From Bdellovibrionales bacterium (lineage in GTDB: Bacteria; Bdellovibrionota; Bdellovibrionia; Bdellovibrionales; UBA1609): 64,000 nt of DNA. Position 1 is the stretch's first letter. Each line of letters begins with the position of its first letter. The stretch spans positions 782,588 through 846,587 of the forward strand of contig OZ241456.1 of the NCBI GenBank assembly GCA_965200875.1. The letters run 5' to 3'. The translations under genes were made by a program, and so were the position numbers. Below, in pieces: positions 40,111 through 49,330 of the stretch. The notes below the pieces were generated by a model. That model was given only the letters and a program-made list of their open reading frames with translations. It ran no database searches and had not been told where the DNA came from.

Positions 40111-40604
40111 GTGAGCTTTTTCAGGCTTTAATGAGTATTTATGTGCCAAATTGGAAGGTACTGGATAAAGAGCTTAACTTTATGCAAAAAGAGCAACAAC
40201 AAGCAGAGCTTTGTTAATGTATTGACCTGCTCTCAGTGTTGTTCTTTCCCACAAAAGATGTTTGTTGTTCTTTTCACTAAAATTTTAGTTCAGATATTTT
40301 TTAATCCATGAGAGAGTAGGGATTTATATCCTGCTTGATAATTTTTTAGGAATTTTATCTTCAAAACTACATGAAAATAGCTTGGTAGTGCAGAAAAAAC
40401 ATTAAAATATTTTTTAACTCACTGTGTTGTGTCAAAGTTGGGAAAATCCAAAATGTAGTATATCCTTTATTTATATTACTACCTTTATTTATATTACTAA
40501 GTGTCAATATTGACGCGTTGTCTGATTGATCCTTTGGAAAAAAGAATCTAAGATTAGGTAAATTTTTAATGGTTTAAGTTATGAAGAAACTAATGGTGTA
40601 AATT

Positions 40605-40823
40605 ATGAAAAAGCTAACAAATCAAGATTTTTACAGTGGGCAGGTAAATGCTAATTTAGAGCTTAGATTGATAAATCACTTAAGGGCAAAGCATAATATG
40701 CGTCCCTTATCAAAGCTCCCAGTTGCTGAACAACCGCAACCCAGGTGGCAACCTGGAAAAAGATACACACTGCTTGAACAAATAAAGCGACACAAGCAAA
40801 AAAGTATTTTAGGAAGAATGTAA
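40605..40823 (+). CDS. small hypothetical protein
   Basis: 72-aa ORF with no recognisable domain. Coding status is uncertain. Confidence 0.3.
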   Translation: MKKLTNQDFYSGQVNANLELRLINHLRAKHNMRPLSKLPVAEQPQPRWQPGKRYTLLEQIKRHKQKSILGRM

Positions 40824-40989
40824 TAATAAAAATTTAAGACATTCTCTTGTGCAGGGGGATGTCCAAATATTCGTTAGGGTTATAGAAGATATTTTATGGC
40901 CTTTTACCTTTTTCTCTGAAAGATATTACAGAGTATTCTCATTTTTTAGTCCTTGACTATACTCCCAATATATCCGATAAATTAGGAAT

Positions 40990-42162
40990 ATGATACATAG
41001 AATACAACAACTCAAAACCCGGCAAAGCTTATTTCTGTTCGGAGCCAGAGGAACAGGAAAATCCACTTTATTACAAATGACTTTTCCTTTGAAAGGCACT
41101 TTGTGGATAGATCTCTTGGATTATAAACAGGAAAATTCTTTATCCAAAAATCCTGATAGGCTTTCTTTTTTAATTGCTGGAGGGCAGTTTAAAAGGGTAA
41201 TCATTGACGAAGTTCAAAAAATTCCTAAATTATTGGATATTGTTCATAAGGAGATGGAGGCCAATAAAGCCATCCAATTTATTATGACTGGTTCCAGCGC
41301 GCGAAAGTTAAAAAGAGGGCAAGCGAATTTATTAGCTGGCAGAGCGGTTGCTTATTATTTGTATCCGCTTTCTTGTTTTGAAACTGGTTCTGCACAGCTG
41401 AAACTCAAAACATATATGCATTGGGGTGGGCTTCCAAGGCTATGGAATCTTAATTCAAAATCGGAAAAAAAACTTTTCCTAGAAAGTTATGCTCATAATT
41501 ATCTTAAAGAGGAAGTTCTTCAGGAGCAGGTTATAAGAAACATACAGCCGTTTAAAAGATTTTTGGAAGTTTCAGCTCAGATGAACGGACAGATTATAAA
41601 TTATTCCAAGTGTGCGCGAGAAATTGGAGTAGATCACAAAACAATTCAAAATTATTTTTCTGTTTTAGAGGACACTTTGCTTGGTTTCTTTTTACCGGCT
41701 TACCATCGTTCTGTTAGAAAACAGCAAAGCAAAGCCCCTAAGTTTTTCCTTTTTGATTTAGGAGTGAAAAAAGCTCTTGAGGAAACTTTGGATATTCCTT
41801 TGCGACAAGGAACTTATGGTTTTGGTCAGGCTTTTGAGCATTTTATTTTATCGGAATGTTGCAAGCTCAATCACTATTTCAGAAAATCTTATAAGTTTTC
41901 TTATCTCAAAACAAAAGATGGATTGGAGGTGGATTTGGTGATCCAAAGACCTAGAAAAAAAGACATTCTTGTAGAGATTAAATCAACACAGGAAATTAAA
42001 GCAGAAGACACAAAAACTATCAGTAAAATCGCAAAGGATTGGAAAACTCCTTGCTCAGCTGAAGTATGGTCTTTAGATCAGGAAGAACAGAAAATCAAAA
42101 AGGTTAAATGTCTTCCTTGGGACAAAGCTCTAAAAACTTATTTTCCAATCCGCAAGCCATAG
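40990..42162 (+). CDS. AAA_14 ATPase with DUF4143 domain
   Basis: Motifs LFGARGTGKSTLL and VIIDEVQKIPKLLDIVH are present, with a DUF4143-like FKRFLEVSAQMNGQIINYSKCAREIGVDHKTIQNYFSVLEDT. Confidence 0.75.
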   Translation: MIHRIQQLKTRQSLFLFGARGTGKSTLLQMTFPLKGTLWIDLLDYKQENSLSKNPDRLSFLIAGGQFKRVIIDEVQKIPKLLDIVHKEMEANKAIQFIMTGSSARKLKRGQANLLAGRAVAYYLYPLSCFETGSAQLKLKTYMHWGGLPRLWNLNSKSEKKLFLESYAHNYLKEEVLQEQVIRNIQPFKRFLEVSAQMNGQIINYSKCAREIGVDHKTIQNYFSVLEDTLLGFFLPAYHRSVRKQQSKAPKFFLFDLGVKKALEETLDIPLRQGTYGFGQAFEHFILSECCKLNHYFRKSYKFSYLKTKDGLEVDLVIQRPRKKDILVEIKSTQEIKAEDTKTISKIAKDWKTPCSAEVWSLDQEEQKIKKVKCLPWDKALKTYFPIRKP

Positions 42163-42321
42163 GAATTGTCTGGGTGAAAAATTATGCTTGGATTTTGATA
42201 TTCAGTGCAGTTCTTATTCCCTGAACAAGAACAAGCAAGTTTCCCTCTTAAAATTATTAATTGTGTAAATTTTTCACTGTTTATTGATCCGTAAAAAAGG
42301 TTGTTATTTTTGGAGTGTTTG

Positions 42322-42601
42322 CTTAGTCAATCCTGAATAAGTCTGTTTAGTGAGAGTATGCTCTTACCAATACTTCACCGCTCGGTCTCAAACATGCGTT
42401 TTGCCACACACGCGTCTTTTTAGCCACGGTGTGCTCAAAGCCGAACTCGCCTCGCGGTGAGTATCGGTAAGATCTTTTTCACTGATACTTTTTGCAAGAA
42501 AACAAAGGTTGTATTGTAAAACCTTGCAATTTTTCCCGAACCTTTTATAAAAAAAATCAAGTGATAACAACGCTTTATTATTTATTCAGAACCGACTACT
42601 T
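42322..42601. mobile_element. MITE-like element of about 280 bp with imperfect terminal inverted repeats and a long internal hairpin
   Basis: The left end is cttagtcaatcctgaataa and the right end is ttattcagaaccgactac. Internal arms cttaccaatacttcaccgc and gcggtgagtatcggtaag pair. The left 110 bp recurs at 50441-50550. Confidence 0.45.
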
Positions 42602-42711
42602 AAAAAAAAATATTTTTTATTAGATATTTCTCATAAAATATTTTACTATCGAGCAATCAATAACTTTCTATCAATCAATCAACAATTCAATAACAACGAA
42701 AGGTGGATTTT

Positions 42712-43287
42712 ATGAAAACGACACTTATTTTATTACTTTTAAGCTTAGGTGCTTCTAGTTATGGTCAAGAAGAAACTGTTGAAAATCAATGTAATATTAA
42801 TAATTATGCAGACTATATAAATAAACTAGGAATTCATAATTGCAAGTTGATCTTTGCGAAATTTGACAATGTGGATTTGAGTGGTGCAAATTTTTCTAGG
42901 GCAAATTTATACCGGGCGAGTTTTGATAATGTGAATTTGACCGATGCGAATTTGATTGAGGCATATTTGCAAGGAGTGATTTTTACTGATGCAAATTTAA
43001 CTGGAGCAAATTTTCACCGAGCGAATTTGCGCCAAGCGGATATACGTGGTGCAGTTTTATATGGTGCAAATTTTTCTAGGGCTGATATGCGCGATATGGT
43101 TTTGAACTTGGTGAATTTTGCAGGAGTAAATTTAACCGAAGCGAATTTTGCTAGGGTGAATTTAACCGATGTGAATTTAACCGGAGCACTTTTGTATAAG
43201 GCGAATTTAACCGAGGCGCAAGTCACCAGAGAACAGGCAGAGTATTTGGAATCACAAGGCTTAAGTGGTTTTATTGTGGTAGACTAA
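42712..43287 (+). CDS. secreted pentapeptide-repeat protein (paralogue 1)
   Basis: Signal peptide MKTTLILLLLSLGASSYG. More than 25 A(D/N)Lxx pentapeptides are present. An SD aaggtgg lies 7 nt upstream of the ATG. Confidence 0.85.
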   Translation: MKTTLILLLLSLGASSYGQEETVENQCNINNYADYINKLGIHNCKLIFAKFDNVDLSGANFSRANLYRASFDNVNLTDANLIEAYLQGVIFTDANLTGANFHRANLRQADIRGAVLYGANFSRADMRDMVLNLVNFAGVNLTEANFARVNLTDVNLTGALLYKANLTEAQVTREQAEYLESQGLSGFIVVD

Positions 43288-43415
43288 GCCAGTCGGTCTT
43301 GAATAAACGATAAAGCATTATAATCACTCGATTTTTTTTATCGTTGCGTTGCATAGTGACTATTCTGGTGCTTTTTGGGAGAATAAAAAGAGTTTTCCCA
43401 AAAGGAAGGAATTTT

Positions 43416-44300
43416 ATGCAATTCGGAGGTCATCAGAGCTTTCATTTGAGAGATCAGTGGCTTTATAAAGGTACTTATTGGACAAACAAGTCTCCTCAGA
43501 TACTTTTGAATACGAATAATTATAAAATCGCAGAAAAAGCTATACAGAAGCTGGGTGTTGGTAAAAACATGGTGGATTCCATACGATACTGGCTTAAAGC
43601 AACAAAATTGATAGTCATTAACAAAAATGGCATCGAGCTTACGGGTACAGCAAAAACTATCTTGGCAAAAGATCCTTATTTTGAACAAGATGGTACACTT
43701 TTTTTAATTCATTATCTGCTGGTCACAAATAAAGAGTTTGCAACAACATGGTACTGGTTTTTTAATCATTTTTCTGCTAGGGAATTTGACAAAGAAGCAC
43801 TTAAGAATGCTTTTGCTGCTTATATTTCCATTAAAACAAATAAAAAAATTAAGTCTGCCACTTTAGAGAAGGACTTGAATTGCTTATTAAGAATGTATCA
43901 GGTTGTGGAATACACAGGAAGAAAAACCCCTGAAACAGAAACCCCTTCACCTTTTGCTAAGTATGGATGGATTAAAAAAAGGGGAGAAAGTTTTATACGA
44001 AATAAGTTAAATGTGAGTGACTTTAATATAAATGTGTTTGCTTATATGTTTTATGTGTTTTGGAAAAATGACTTAAGCCAGCCTGAAGCTGTAAAACTGG
44101 AAGATATAACATTTAAAGAAAACTCCCCAGGTCGTATCTTTCTTTTTTCAGAGGAAGAAATGAATGAGCTTGTGGAAAACTGCTCTAAAAAAACAAAATA
44201 TCTCAACTATTCACGAACGGGTGGATACCTTATTTTGCGACCTGATAAAGAACAGCTGAAAAAAGCTTTAACTAATTATTACAGAGATATGAGTCTTTGA
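43416..44300 (+). CDS. DUF4007-like protein
   Basis: Starts MQFGGHQSFHLRDQWLYKG, which matches my recollection of the DUF4007 N-terminal signature (GHetF.lR..WL.Kg). An SD aaggaagga lies upstream. The tracked ORF start at 43344 is probably too early. Confidence 0.5.
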   Translation: MQFGGHQSFHLRDQWLYKGTYWTNKSPQILLNTNNYKIAEKAIQKLGVGKNMVDSIRYWLKATKLIVINKNGIELTGTAKTILAKDPYFEQDGTLFLIHYLLVTNKEFATTWYWFFNHFSAREFDKEALKNAFAAYISIKTNKKIKSATLEKDLNCLLRMYQVVEYTGRKTPETETPSPFAKYGWIKKRGESFIRNKLNVSDFNINVFAYMFYVFWKNDLSQPEAVKLEDITFKENSPGRIFLFSEEEMNELVENCSKKTKYLNYSRTGGYLILRPDKEQLKKALTNYYRDMSL

Positions 44301-44556
44301 TATATTTGTCAATATGGGTTATAGTTCAGTGTCCATTACCCACTGCCCCTTACTACAATCCTAATGTGACAATTTGAATTGACTTTCATACATATTACGA
44401 TTTGGTCATTGACTAGGCTTATTAAGTTTTCTCGCTACTGTGGTGATGACTCGGAGTAAAATCGTATAAAGATTTCACCAGTTACTTTTTACACTTGTTT
44501 TTTTTTATCTTATTTGTGAGTATTATCAATCATTAACAGTAAATAAGGAGTAAATC

Positions 44557-45198
44557 ATGAAAATTATAATTGTTTTACTATTTTTAAGCATTGGTTTTTT
44601 GAGTTATGGAAAAGACACACATCTTTGTCATATTCATAATTATCAAAATTATATAAAAAAGCCTGGAAATCATAAGTGCGATTTGCGTCAAGCTGATTTG
44701 TCTGGGACGAATTTTCAGGGTGCGAATTTGGAAGGAGCATATTTTTACAAGGCGAATTTGAGTGGAGCAGATTTGACGAATGCGAATTTATACCGAGCGG
44801 ATTTGATATTGGCTAATTTGAGTGGTGCGAATTTGACTGAGGCGGATTTGTATGTAGCAAATTTGACCGATGCGAATTTACAAGCTGTGAATTTGACCGA
44901 TGCGAATTTGTTTCATGTGATTTTTCAAGGTGCGAATTTGACTGAGGCGAATTTGTACCGAGCGAGTTTGCGCGATGCGAATTTGTACGGGACGAATTTT
45001 CAAGGTGCGAATTTGGCGAATGCGGATTTAAGCCGTGCAGATTTGCAAGGTGCGAATTTGACTGATGCGAATTTGTACCGAGCGAGTTTGCGCGATGCGG
45101 ATTTGTACGGGACGAATTTTACCAATACGAAAGTTGATTCGGCCTTGGCGACTTATTTAACTTCACAAGGTATAAGTGGTTTTGTTGTTATAGAATAA
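44557..45198 (+). CDS. secreted pentapeptide-repeat protein (paralogue 2)
   Basis: Signal peptide MKIIIVLLFLSIGFLSYG. It shares the CHIHNYQNYI and SQGISGFVVIE ends with paralogue 1. An SD aaggag lies upstream. Confidence 0.85.
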   Translation: MKIIIVLLFLSIGFLSYGKDTHLCHIHNYQNYIKKPGNHKCDLRQADLSGTNFQGANLEGAYFYKANLSGADLTNANLYRADLILANLSGANLTEADLYVANLTDANLQAVNLTDANLFHVIFQGANLTEANLYRASLRDANLYGTNFQGANLANADLSRADLQGANLTDANLYRASLRDADLYGTNFTNTKVDSALATYLTSQGISGFVVIE

Positions 45199-45455
45199 GT
45201 TATGATTATTAGTCCAAGAAAGCCAAACCACTACTCTGAATTTTATGCAAATCAACCCACGCCGGATTAAAGCCTAGGGAGAGGCTTTAAAACAGGAGTT
45301 TAAACGACTTTTTATTTTGAAAATGAAGCACCGGGACTTGAATAAAAATAATATTTGTAAAACAATAATTCCAGAAAGTTTTTTTTATTCTTCAATTCGG
45401 TGTTAGTGTGTGTAGCCAGAGCCAATGCGTATGAATAAAAAAGATATGGAGTTTT

Positions 45456-48400
45456 ATGAAAAAACATACAGAGAAATGGATCCAATTATCTGAAAGTTAC
45501 AATCGATCAACAAATTTGGAGTTGGATTTTAAGGATGTCAGTCGGCTAAAGGATATTTATCTGTCTTCCAAGTTTCAAGAAGGATTGAAAGAGGTTTTTA
45601 CCTCTATCTTGGAAACAAACTCAAAACACCGGGTGAGAGTATTAAGTGGTTCTCCAGGACTTGGAAAATCCACCTTTGCTTTACTAATTGCGCAAATACT
45701 TTCCAAAAAACACCCGAAGTTTATTGGCCATTTAATGAACCAAGCCAATAAAAAATTGCAAATTGATTTTAATCAATTTCAAAAATCAAGAAAGACAAAA
45801 TTGTTACCGGTTTTTATTAATGGATATGAAGGAGAAATTGAAGAAGTATTTAAACATAATTTAAAAAAAGCATTATCAGAAAATAGCCTGTCTCTTAAAG
45901 GGGTTTTCAAAGACACTTTGAAATTTTACAAAGCCAGTTTAAACACTTTAAAAACAAAGGGTTATAGTGGCATATTTGTTATTTATGATGAGTTTGGGAA
46001 ATATCTGGAAAAAGCTTTGCACAGTCCTACAGATTTAAACATTCAGTTTTTGCAAAACTTTGCGGAATTTTGCGATCGCTCAGGAGAAACACAATGTCAC
46101 CTGATGCTTATTACTCACCTGTCTGTTTCTCAATATGCTAGTCAGCTTCCTATTAATGTTCAGCAGGAATGGGCGAAAGTTGAAGGCCGATTTCAGGAAT
46201 CTGCTTTTTACGATAAAAGCGCGGATTATTACAAAATGATTTCTGCTGTTTTTGAAAAAAATATTTCAGAAACTCATCCTTCTATAGCTGAAAAATATAA
46301 AACTTACATTAATAAATATCTGGTAAATTTTTCCAAAGACGCATTGGAAGGTTTTATAGATTTAAAGAACATAAAATCCATTATTCTTAATTGTTTCCCT
46401 TTGCATCCAAGTGTTCTGGCTCTTTTGCCTCATCTCTCCAAAAAAGTGGCTCAAAATGAAAGAACCCTTTACACTTTTTTAACTCGCGATGAAGATAACT
46501 CTCTTAAAAGGTTTTTACAGGAAAAAACACAAATCACACTTCTTATGCCATATCATTTGTATAAGTATTTTCAACCCCTTATCGGAAAAGATATTGGTAT
46601 AGGAGGTACTTATAAAATTCAACTTATGGTGGAAGAAGCTTTTAAATATGTTAGTAAAACTGATGAAGTTTCAAAACAAATTATCAGTCTTATGGCTCTT
46701 TGCTCTGTTATTAAAGACACTCACTTTGCACCTTTGACAGAAGCCTTTATTATATCTTGTTTCAACCAAGATTATTCAAGAACAAATATTAAAAAATCCT
46801 TAACTTATCTGAGAAAGAAAAAAGTAATTTTCTATAACAAAAACACAAAACAATATCTTTTACAGGAAGGTTCTCCTGTTGATATTGACGAGGAAATAGC
46901 CAAACTGAAAAATATCACTCTTACCGGGAAAAGTCTTGTGCAGGTTTTAAAAAGATATTTTAAAACAGACTTTATTACTCCTAAAAAATATAATTTTGAA
47001 AACGCCATAACTCGATTTTATAGAACAGAAATTATTTCTGTTGAAGAGTTAAAAAATTTAAGCAAAAAAAACAACATTGATTTTTACAGAGAAGATGGCA
47101 GATTATTTTATGTAATCCCCTTTAGTCATGATGAACTAGTTTACGCAAGAAGGGAAATTCAGAAAATTTCATCTCCATTAACTGTTTTTTTACTACCAAA
47201 ACAATTTATAGAATGCAGAAAAGATATTGAAGAGTTAAACGCTGTTGATTGTCTATATAACAATAAGGAGATTTTATCAGCCAGCTCGTTGGTAAAAAAA
47301 GAACTGGATCGTCATAAAGAAATATTACTTTCTTCTATAGATTCGCTTTTAAAGCCACTTATTGGTTATATGGGTCTTTCAGCAGATGTTATATATCCGA
47401 CTGAGCTTTCAGAGCAAAAGGAAATAACTCACTTTAAAGATCTGGAAAGGTTTTTGGGTACGTTTTTTACAAAAGAGTACAATAAATATGTGAGTTTTAA
47501 CCTAGAATACATGAATCGTCACAGTGTTTCAGGAAGCATCACTTTGGGTCGAAAGAAATTTTTGGACACTTTAAGATTTTATAAAGAAAAACCGAAGGGG
47601 GATATAACTTGCTTGATTAAAGGCCACGGGCCAGATTATGTGATTTTAGATACCATGTTAAGACTTTCCAGTTTTAAATACCATTCTGTGAAAAATATTT
47701 ATGAAGTTTCTTCAAAGTCAGAGTATTATAAATTTTTTAAGGAGTATAAAAAAATCCTCTCCCAACACCCTCAAGGCATTAGTGCCAGTATGTTGTTGGA
47801 TATACTGGTATCTCCTCCGTATGGTTTGCGCTTAGGTGTGATTCCGGTATTTATTTCCTTGGCAGACTTATGTTTTAAACAACCCGTAAGCCATTATTTT
47901 GATTCCGCTTATGTTAAAGATCTGGATGGAGATCATTATGATCTTTTAATGAAGTATCCAAAAAAAACTACTATTCACTACACTCCGATAGATAATAAAA
48001 AACAAAAATTTTTGGATGGACTGGGAAAAATATTTAAAGCTGATGGTGTGTCTGTGCGATCTGTTATTTCTGCTTTAGTAAAATGGAGAAGAGGTATCCC
48101 TGAGTCCACAAAATTTTCTTCCGGTTTGTCTCAAGAGGGGAGAAAATTGCTTATTCAGATTGACTCTTCTAAACAGCCGGATCATCTGCTTTTTACCGGG
48201 ATTCCTTATTGTTTTGAAAAAACAAATGTTGGTAGAGTAAACCTTCAAGGTACAAAAGATATTTTATTAAAGTTGAAAATAACAAAAAAAGAAATTGACG
48301 CAATTTATAGAAATTTGCTGTTGAAGATGGAAAAAGAGCTTTCTAGTTTTATCTCGTTTATAAATGAGCAATGTTTAAACCATTCCGCAAGTAAAACCTT

Positions 48401-49118
48401 GCAGAATAAAAGAAAGAATGTAACTTTAGAGGCTGTTTCTTCCGTAGGTAAAGATCGGCAGAATAAAAGCCTGAATCAAATCAGTATAATTAAAAATTTT
48501 CAGAATATTCTTTCACAGGTAAAGAATTATCCCTTTAGCTCCAATACCAATCGATTTGTTGGAAGAGCACTAAACTTTCCTTCTTTCGGGCATAAACAAT
48601 ATTTTTTGGAAACCATTGCTGATGTGTTGACTGGTTCTTCCCCTCGTTATTGGAATGGACAGGGTTATTCCATGTTTGAGTTTGCCTTAAAACGAGTTAA
48701 AACAGAAATAGAATTAGGCGCGGAAATAGCTAACCCTCAGTTTAAGGGGAAATCTGTGTTAGCTTTTATTGATAAGGGGCAAAATAAAAAAACAATCATA
48801 AAACTAGGTGCTCAATTTGAGTTGGAAAAACGACTTGGCCTCGCTCTGGAACAAATAAACAAAACATTGGATTCTTTGGATGAGATAGATAAAAGAAAAG
48901 TTGTTTTAGCCTTGTTGGAGAATATTGACAAAAAAACTGCTACAGACAAAACTCTTAATTTTAATAGTGTCCAGTCTTCCAATAATGTTCAGCAGAAATA
49001 CGGCTCTCAGCATACCTCTGTTTCGCGCTCTACTCCAAAGACATATCCTGCTACTACACAGCGTTCCCTTAATACGGGTCATTCCCTCACAAGCGGGAAT
49101 CCTATATGGAAAAAGTAA
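45456..49118 (+). CDS. large P-loop NTPase (1220 aa), BrxC/PglY-size class, family unassigned
   Basis: Walker A is LSGSPGLGKST and Walker B is FVIYDEFGKYLE. The long C-terminal region is uncharacterised. The last about 15 codons derive from a palindromic repeat copy. Confidence 0.65.
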   Translation: MKKHTEKWIQLSESYNRSTNLELDFKDVSRLKDIYLSSKFQEGLKEVFTSILETNSKHRVRVLSGSPGLGKSTFALLIAQILSKKHPKFIGHLMNQANKKLQIDFNQFQKSRKTKLLPVFINGYEGEIEEVFKHNLKKALSENSLSLKGVFKDTLKFYKASLNTLKTKGYSGIFVIYDEFGKYLEKALHSPTDLNIQFLQNFAEFCDRSGETQCHLMLITHLSVSQYASQLPINVQQEWAKVEGRFQESAFYDKSADYYKMISAVFEKNISETHPSIAEKYKTYINKYLVNFSKDALEGFIDLKNIKSIILNCFPLHPSVLALLPHLSKKVAQNERTLYTFLTRDEDNSLKRFLQEKTQITLLMPYHLYKYFQPLIGKDIGIGGTYKIQLMVEEAFKYVSKTDEVSKQIISLMALCSVIKDTHFAPLTEAFIISCFNQDYSRTNIKKSLTYLRKKKVIFYNKNTKQYLLQEGSPVDIDEEIAKLKNITLTGKSLVQVLKRYFKTDFITPKKYNFENAITRFYRTEIISVEELKNLSKKNNIDFYREDGRLFYVIPFSHDELVYARREIQKISSPLTVFLLPKQFIECRKDIEELNAVDCLYNNKEILSASSLVKKELDRHKEILLSSIDSLLKPLIGYMGLSADVIYPTELSEQKEITHFKDLERFLGTFFTKEYNKYVSFNLEYMNRHSVSGSITLGRKKFLDTLRFYKEKPKGDITCLIKGHGPDYVILDTMLRLSSFKYHSVKNIYEVSSKSEYYKFFKEYKKILSQHPQGISASMLLDILVSPPYGLRLGVIPVFISLADLCFKQPVSHYFDSAYVKDLDGDHYDLLMKYPKKTTIHYTPIDNKKQKFLDGLGKIFKADGVSVRSVISALVKWRRGIPESTKFSSGLSQEGRKLLIQIDSSKQPDHLLFTGIPYCFEKTNVGRVNLQGTKDILLKLKITKKEIDAIYRNLLLKMEKELSSFISFINEQCLNHSASKTLQNKRKNVTLEAVSSVGKDRQNKSLNQISIIKNFQNILSQVKNYPFSSNTNRFVGRALNFPSFGHKQYFLETIADVLTGSSPRYWNGQGYSMFEFALKRVKTEIELGAEIANPQFKGKSVLAFIDKGQNKKTIIKLGAQFELEKRLGLALEQINKTLDSLDEIDKRKVVLALLENIDKKTATDKTLNFNSVQSSNNVQQKYGSQHTSVSRSTPKTYPATTQRSLNTGHSLTSGNPIWKK
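49078..49102. repeat. palindromic repeat copy (gtcattccctcacaagcgggaatcc) forming the 3-prime end of the NTPase ORF
   Basis: Read directly from the sequence. Confidence 0.8.
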
Positions 49119-49171
49119 TGTCAAGGATATACCTATTTGTTTTTTCTGATATTTATGACTTTCGTTAGTCA

Positions 49172-49279
49172 ATAGTCGAGGTTTTAGAAGTTTTTTATCT
49201 CAACAATAGGATAAAAGCGGGTTTATTTTCATCTTTCAAATAAATCTCTTATTTTTCCAGAAAAAATCATTTACATTAT
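49172..49279 (+). repeat. 108-bp conserved intergenic element, copy 2
   Basis: Aligns to 24005-24112. Confidence 0.8.
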
Positions 49280-49330
49280 AATAAGGACTTAGAGAAAGAG
49301 AAAAAGAAAAGACATGATATTGTAAGTAGA

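Noticed and set aside
42388-42570. 60-aa ORF inside the MITE-like element
   Set aside because: It spans the hairpin arms of a repeat, and the homologous partial copy at 50441-50550 does not preserve it.
45456-49118. The 1220-aa NTPase as the missing HsdR of the type I unit
   Set aside because: It has Walker A/B motifs but no recognisable SF2 helicase motifs (DEAD/DEAH, SAT, QxxR) and no PD-(D/E)xK nuclease motif that I can see. It is also separated from hsdS by 11 kb and several unrelated modules.
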